This document shows positions 60,027-64,000 of a stretch of 64,000 nt of DNA, piece after piece; positions within the stretch are counted from its first letter, which is position 1, and every line of letters starts with the position of its first letter. The DNA is taken from assembly GCA_038046765.1 (NCBI GenBank), contig JBBSVN010000002.1, forward strand, positions 32,001 to 96,000, read 5' to 3'. The notes beneath the pieces are model-generated. The model was not told the DNA's origin. It did no database searches and was given only the letters and a program-made list of their open reading frames with translations. The position numbers and the translations under genes were made by a program. This DNA comes from Candidatus Micrarchaeota archaeon. GTDB lineage: Archaea; Micrarchaeota; Micrarchaeia; Anstonellales; Bilamarchaeaceae.

Positions 60027-61766
60027 TTAAATAGGTATAATCGATCTAATAAATAATAAAACAATTGCAACGTTCTTAAGAATTTTCATGTAAAGTTTGT
60101 AATGCCATTGATTTCTCTTATTAATTTGTCCTAGTAAATCCTTAAACGCCTCTTTTTCACCAGGTCCCATTTTGCTTTCAGTTACTTTTTTATGTTCTTT
60201 TCCATCTACGATCGTAAGCTCCTCCTGTTTACCTATCTGCTTTTTAGCTTGTTCATACCAAGGTGGAAGAGACGATTTTCTCTTGTTTATTGCTTTAATA
60301 AAATCATTTGTAATTAATGGCCTTTGAATTATGTCTTTTTTAGCTTTTTCTTCAGCTTCCTGTGGGTTTAATCCTTTTTTAAGATTTTCTTCGGTTTTTT
60401 TCTGAATTGCGAAAAATGCTTCTCTCCAAGGGTAACCTGCCGCTTCTTCAACAATTGCTTTCATATCCGATGACGAATAACCGGTTGTGGCTAATCCAAG
60501 GAACCAGAAAGGAATACCTGGTCCAAGCGGCCTTTTCTTTGCATGAAGTTTTAATATAGCAATTCTTGATGTGAAATCTGGTTCAGGAAGATAAATCGCC
60601 TTACTAAATCGACCGCTTCGTCTTAATGCTGGGTCAACATCCCACGGTGCGTTTGTAGCTGCAATTGTTAATACATTTTGGTTGTTTGCTTCGACACCGT
60701 CTAGTTCGTAAAGCATTTGGTTTACGGCCATTTTCATGTACTGTTGGCCTTCCTGTGCGTCTCGTCTACCACCAATCGCATCAACTTCATCAAAAAATAA
60801 TATGCATGGTGTATTCTTTCTAGCCAGTTCGAATACCTTATGAATATTCTTTTCAGTGTTACCTACATACATATCTAATAAATCGCTTAATTTTGCGTTA
60901 ATAAATCCTGACTTACATTCTCCTGCAGCAGCCTTTACAATGAAAGTTTTTCCACAACCTGGTGGTCCGTACATTAATATTCCTCCGCCACCTAATTTAC
61001 CATATTTTTTAGCCAGGTCTGGGTTAATCATTGGATAAACTACTGCCTCTCTAATTTCTTCTTTCATCTTGCTCATACCAGCAACATCATTAAAGCTCAT
61101 GTTTGGTTTTTGAAGCATTTTTATGTCTCCAGCACCACCTGATTTTCCGTCCCCACCTTCGCCTCCTTTACCTTCCTGGTCTTTTTTCGCTTTCGCGTTT
61201 TCTAAATGGGTCTTTGCCTCAGTAAGGCCTGGGTTAATTGACAGAGCTTTTTCATAATCTGCAATTGCGTCGCCAATATTTCCAGCGTATTCAAACGCCA
61301 GTCCTCTTAAGTGGTATGCTTCTGCAAAATCATTTTTAAGCGTAATTACTTTGCTAAAATCTTCTATCGCCTTTTCGTATTCTTCTAAGGATGCGTAACT
61401 TAATCCTCGGTTATAAAATGCCTTAAGATAATTCGGGTTAAGCGTAATTGCCTTATCGTAATCCTTTATCGCTCCTAGAAAATCCTGCTTTCTATAAAAA
61501 GCATCCCCCCGATTATTATATATAATTGGGTTTTGGGGGTCTAATTCTGCACTCTTTGTATAATCCACAACTGATTTTTCAAAGTTCTTTAATTGGTAAT
61601 AGCTTAATGCACGGTTAAAATAAGCTTCAGAGAAAACGGGGTTTAGTAAGATTGCCATGTTGTAATTTTCAATAGCCTTCTCGTAATCCCCCTTTTCGTA
61701 ATAATCATTACCTAATTGGTAATATGTTTTTGCATCAACAGTATTAGATTTTTTATACTCAACCAT
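60027..61766 (-). CDS. TPR-repeat + single AAA ATPase (CDC48/Vps4-like clade)
   Basis: About 5 TPRs; GPPGCGKT, FFDEVD, ATNAPWDVDPALRRSGRF. Confidence 0.9.
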   Translation of the reverse strand: MVEYKKSNTVDAKTYYQLGNDYYEKGDYEKAIENYNMAILLNPVFSEAYFNRALSYYQLKNFEKSVVDYTKSAELDPQNPIIYNNRGDAFYRKQDFLGAIKDYDKAITLNPNYLKAFYNRGLSYASLEEYEKAIEDFSKVITLKNDFAEAYHLRGLAFEYAGNIGDAIADYEKALSINPGLTEAKTHLENAKAKKDQEGKGGEGGDGKSGGAGDIKMLQKPNMSFNDVAGMSKMKEEIREAVVYPMINPDLAKKYGKLGGGGILMYGPPGCGKTFIVKAAAGECKSGFINAKLSDLLDMYVGNTEKNIHKVFELARKNTPCILFFDEVDAIGGRRDAQEGQQYMKMAVNQMLYELDGVEANNQNVLTIAATNAPWDVDPALRRSGRFSKAIYLPEPDFTSRIAILKLHAKKRPLGPGIPFWFLGLATTGYSSSDMKAIVEEAAGYPWREAFFAIQKKTEENLKKGLNPQEAEEKAKKDIIQRPLITNDFIKAINKRKSSLPPWYEQAKKQIGKQEELTIVDGKEHKKVTESKMGPGEKEAFKDLLGQINKRNQWHYKLYMKILKNVAIVLLFIRSIIPI

Positions 61767-61870
61767 TAGAATCACAATAAATTACTAGGTTATCTTTTTT
61801 ATTATTTTTTCTTCGCACTATCTTTTCTACCAGAAAATATTTAAATAACTACTCACGTTTTATCTGATTT

Positions 61871-63103
61871 TTAGTTTTTATTATTTTCTAAAATTTCTTC
61901 AATTCGTAGCAACTGATTGTATTTGGCAGTTCGCTCCCCCCGTGCGGGCGCTCCTGTTTTTATAAATTCACTTTCTATTCCAACTGCAAAATCTGCAATA
62001 AAACTATCTTCAGTTTCTCCGCTCCTGTGGCTTACTGCTATTTTCCAGTTATTTTTTCTGCATAAATCTTTTGCGGCTATCGCTTCGCTAACTGTTCCGA
62101 TTTGATTTATTTTTAATAATAGTGCGTTACACGATTGTAATTTTATTGCTTGTTCTATTCTTTTTGGATTTGTAACTAAAAGGTCATCTCCAACTACCAT
62201 CGCTTTTTTTTCTACTTCATCAGTAAGCATCGCAAACGTGTGAAAGTCTTCCTCTTCAAACGGGTCTTCAATACTTGTAATTGGATATTTTTCAACTAAA
62301 TCAATGTAAAAATCAAGCATAGCACTTGAACTCATTTGTCTGCCATCCATTGTATACGACTTTGTTACTCCATCGTGAAATGAAGAAGCTGCTGCATCTA
62401 GCGCTATTGTAGTTTCGTTTTTGTATCCTGATTCTTCTATTGCTTTTATTATTTCTTCAATTGCCTGTTCGCATTTATCTAATTGCGGAGCATACCCTCC
62501 CTCATCGCCTACATTCTTTGCACTTGGGCCGTATTTTTCAACTAATTGTTTTCCTAAAATGTGATAAATTTCACTCGCCATCAGTAATGTCTGCTTGAAA
62601 TTTTCGCCCTTTGGAATTATCATAAATTCCTGTATTGCAAGTTTTCCTCCAGCGTGTTTACCGCCATTTAAAATGTTAAACATAGGTTGAGGTAATTTCT
62701 TTCCGCCTAAATATTCAAAATAATTCTTTCCTGCTGCATTAGCTAGTGCTTTTCCAACTGCCATAGATGTTGCAACAAGAGCGTTCGCGCCTAGTTTTGA
62801 TTTGTTCTCTGTTCCATCAAGCTCAATCATTCTTGAATCTGCGTCGCTTTGTTCTTTTACTGCTTTTTTCGTTAAGGGTTTTGCAATTATTTTATTTACA
62901 TTTTCAACAGCTTGTTCTACTCCTTTACCTAGGTATCTTCTACTTATCTTATCGCGCATTTCAATCGCTTCATGCATTCCAGTACTTGCGCCGCTAGGGG
63001 CAGCTGCTCTACCGAAGAATTTATCTCCGATTATATCTACTTCAACTGTTGGATTTCCCCGTGAGTCTAAAATTTCCCTTGCTTTTACGTTTGTGATTTT
63101 CAT
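61871..63103 (-). CDS. eno: Enolase
   Basis: REILDSRGNPTVE, GDEGG, VSHRSGETED, KYNQLLRIEE. Confidence 0.98.
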   Translation of the reverse strand: MKITNVKAREILDSRGNPTVEVDIIGDKFFGRAAAPSGASTGMHEAIEMRDKISRRYLGKGVEQAVENVNKIIAKPLTKKAVKEQSDADSRMIELDGTENKSKLGANALVATSMAVGKALANAAGKNYFEYLGGKKLPQPMFNILNGGKHAGGKLAIQEFMIIPKGENFKQTLLMASEIYHILGKQLVEKYGPSAKNVGDEGGYAPQLDKCEQAIEEIIKAIEESGYKNETTIALDAAASSFHDGVTKSYTMDGRQMSSSAMLDFYIDLVEKYPITSIEDPFEEEDFHTFAMLTDEVEKKAMVVGDDLLVTNPKRIEQAIKLQSCNALLLKINQIGTVSEAIAAKDLCRKNNWKIAVSHRSGETEDSFIADFAVGIESEFIKTGAPARGERTAKYNQLLRIEEILENNKN

Positions 63104-63213
63104 GAAGATAACACCTCGAAAATGAGTTTGTACTAGTTTGTTAGCGATTGGATTAATGTCTTTTGATTTTATATAATTATCATTTGTGTAATATTTCTAT
63201 TTATTTAATCTAT

Positions 63214-63262
63214 TGTGGCAGTCTTCTGGCAAAGCATATACCTGCCAGAATGGTTCCGGAAA
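63214..63262. repeat. 49-bp hairpin-containing direct repeat, copy 1
   Basis: 43/49 identical to 63864-63912; TTCTGGCA/TGCCAGAA stem. Confidence 0.9.
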
Positions 63263-63311
63263 GAACATATATTTATAATTACACGTATATACAATAAATC
63301 TAGGTATATAC

Positions 63312-63518
63312 ATGGAATTCGTTTTCACCAAACACGCCCGTCAAAGGATGTACGAAAGAAAGATAACTGTTGAAGAGATTAAATCTACAGTTAATAGAGG
63401 TATGAAATGGTTCATGAAAAACGAAGGCGAAACTGGGAGATGGCACGCTAAATTTGGTGCAGTTGAAATTGTATTTGAACGAGAAGAAGATTATGTTATT
63501 ATTGTAACTGTGTTTTGA
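63312..63518 (+). CDS. DUF4258 (RelE-like fold) putative toxin
   Basis: FTKHARQRMYERKIT...IIVTVF. Confidence 0.85.
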   Translation: MEFVFTKHARQRMYERKITVEEIKSTVNRGMKWFMKNEGETGRWHAKFGAVEIVFEREEDYVIIVTVF

Positions 63519-63528
63519 GGTGTTGTAT

Positions 63529-63858
63529 ATGAAATGTCCAAATTGCTATTCAAACTTAAAAAAAGGAATTGTAAAAGAGGAGTACTTGGGGCACAGCCTA
63601 GGTGAATACGATGGGTTTACCTGTTCCAATTGTGGCGAAACGCTATTAACTGAAGCAAGTGTCGTAAAAGCTCAGGAAAAAGTAAAAGAATTAGGTTTAT
63701 TCGGTTTAGCGCAAAAAACAACTATCGCTAAAAGCGGGAATTCCTTAATCGTTCGTATAAAAAAGAATGTTGCAGATTATCTTGGTCTTTTTGAAGGGGA
63801 AGAAGTTTTAGTTCATCCGGAGGGCAAGAAAAAGATTGTCATTGAAGTTGCAAACTAA
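63529..63858 (+). CDS. Zinc-finger + AbrB-like antitoxin
   Basis: CPNC...CSNCGE; KSGNSLIVRIKKNVADYLG. Confidence 0.82.
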   Translation: MKCPNCYSNLKKGIVKEEYLGHSLGEYDGFTCSNCGETLLTEASVVKAQEKVKELGLFGLAQKTTIAKSGNSLIVRIKKNVADYLGLFEGEEVLVHPEGKKKIVIEVAN

Positions 63859-63863
63859 TTCTA

Positions 63864-63912
63864 TGTGGCAGTCTTCTGGCAGAGCATATCATTGCCAGAA
63901 AGGTTCCTGAAA
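63864..63912. repeat. 49-bp hairpin-containing direct repeat, copy 2
   Basis: Exactly 650 bp from copy 1; same invariant stem. Confidence 0.9.
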
Positions 63913-64000
63913 AGAAAACAAGAAGGTTTTAATAAGCACGTTGAGGAAATAAACGTATGTTTATATTTCTCTTTGCTCCTCCTCCAGTTGTTAAAAAAGA

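Noticed and set aside
63214..63912. CRISPR array, classical integron attC sites, or H/ACA guides
   Set aside because: Only two repeats around a 600-bp gene-bearing spacer and no cas genes; no RYYYAAC/GTTRRRY ends; no K-turn motif.

Overview
AT-rich archaeal chromosome segment of about 65 genes. Gene content, GGTGA Shine-Dalgarno motifs and the intron-rich tRNA suggest a DPANN archaeon, possibly Micrarchaeota (inference). Core genes include rps15, rps3ae, nac, rtcA, aTrm56, aIF-2beta/aIF-1A/rio1, valS, tfe, ef1b-rps13-rps4-rps11-rpoD, top6A/B, dim2, rpl10e, sepF, scpA and eno. There are also envelope glycosyltransferases, three toxin-antitoxin pairs and many orphans. Non-coding features absent from the ORF track: a tRNA-Arg(GCG) with three introns (35, 19 and 172 nt), a compact SRP RNA, and two dispersed copies of an unrecognised ~145-190 nt rod-like structured element with compensatory base changes (13982-14125 + and 34818-35008 -). 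Other highlights: a five-gene VirB4/HerA-like ATPase membrane operon plus an unlinked VirB2/TrbC-like pilin, a TA module between 49-bp hairpin direct repeats, 7-bp-period intergenic arrays, a poly-A frameshifted SET-domain gene, non-AUG starts in translation genes, a CBS-HPF hibernation-factor-like fusion, and a lipoprotein-like clan-CD peptidase candidate. No CRISPR array, rRNA or transposase was seen. Functional calls rest on motif recognition by eye, not database searches.
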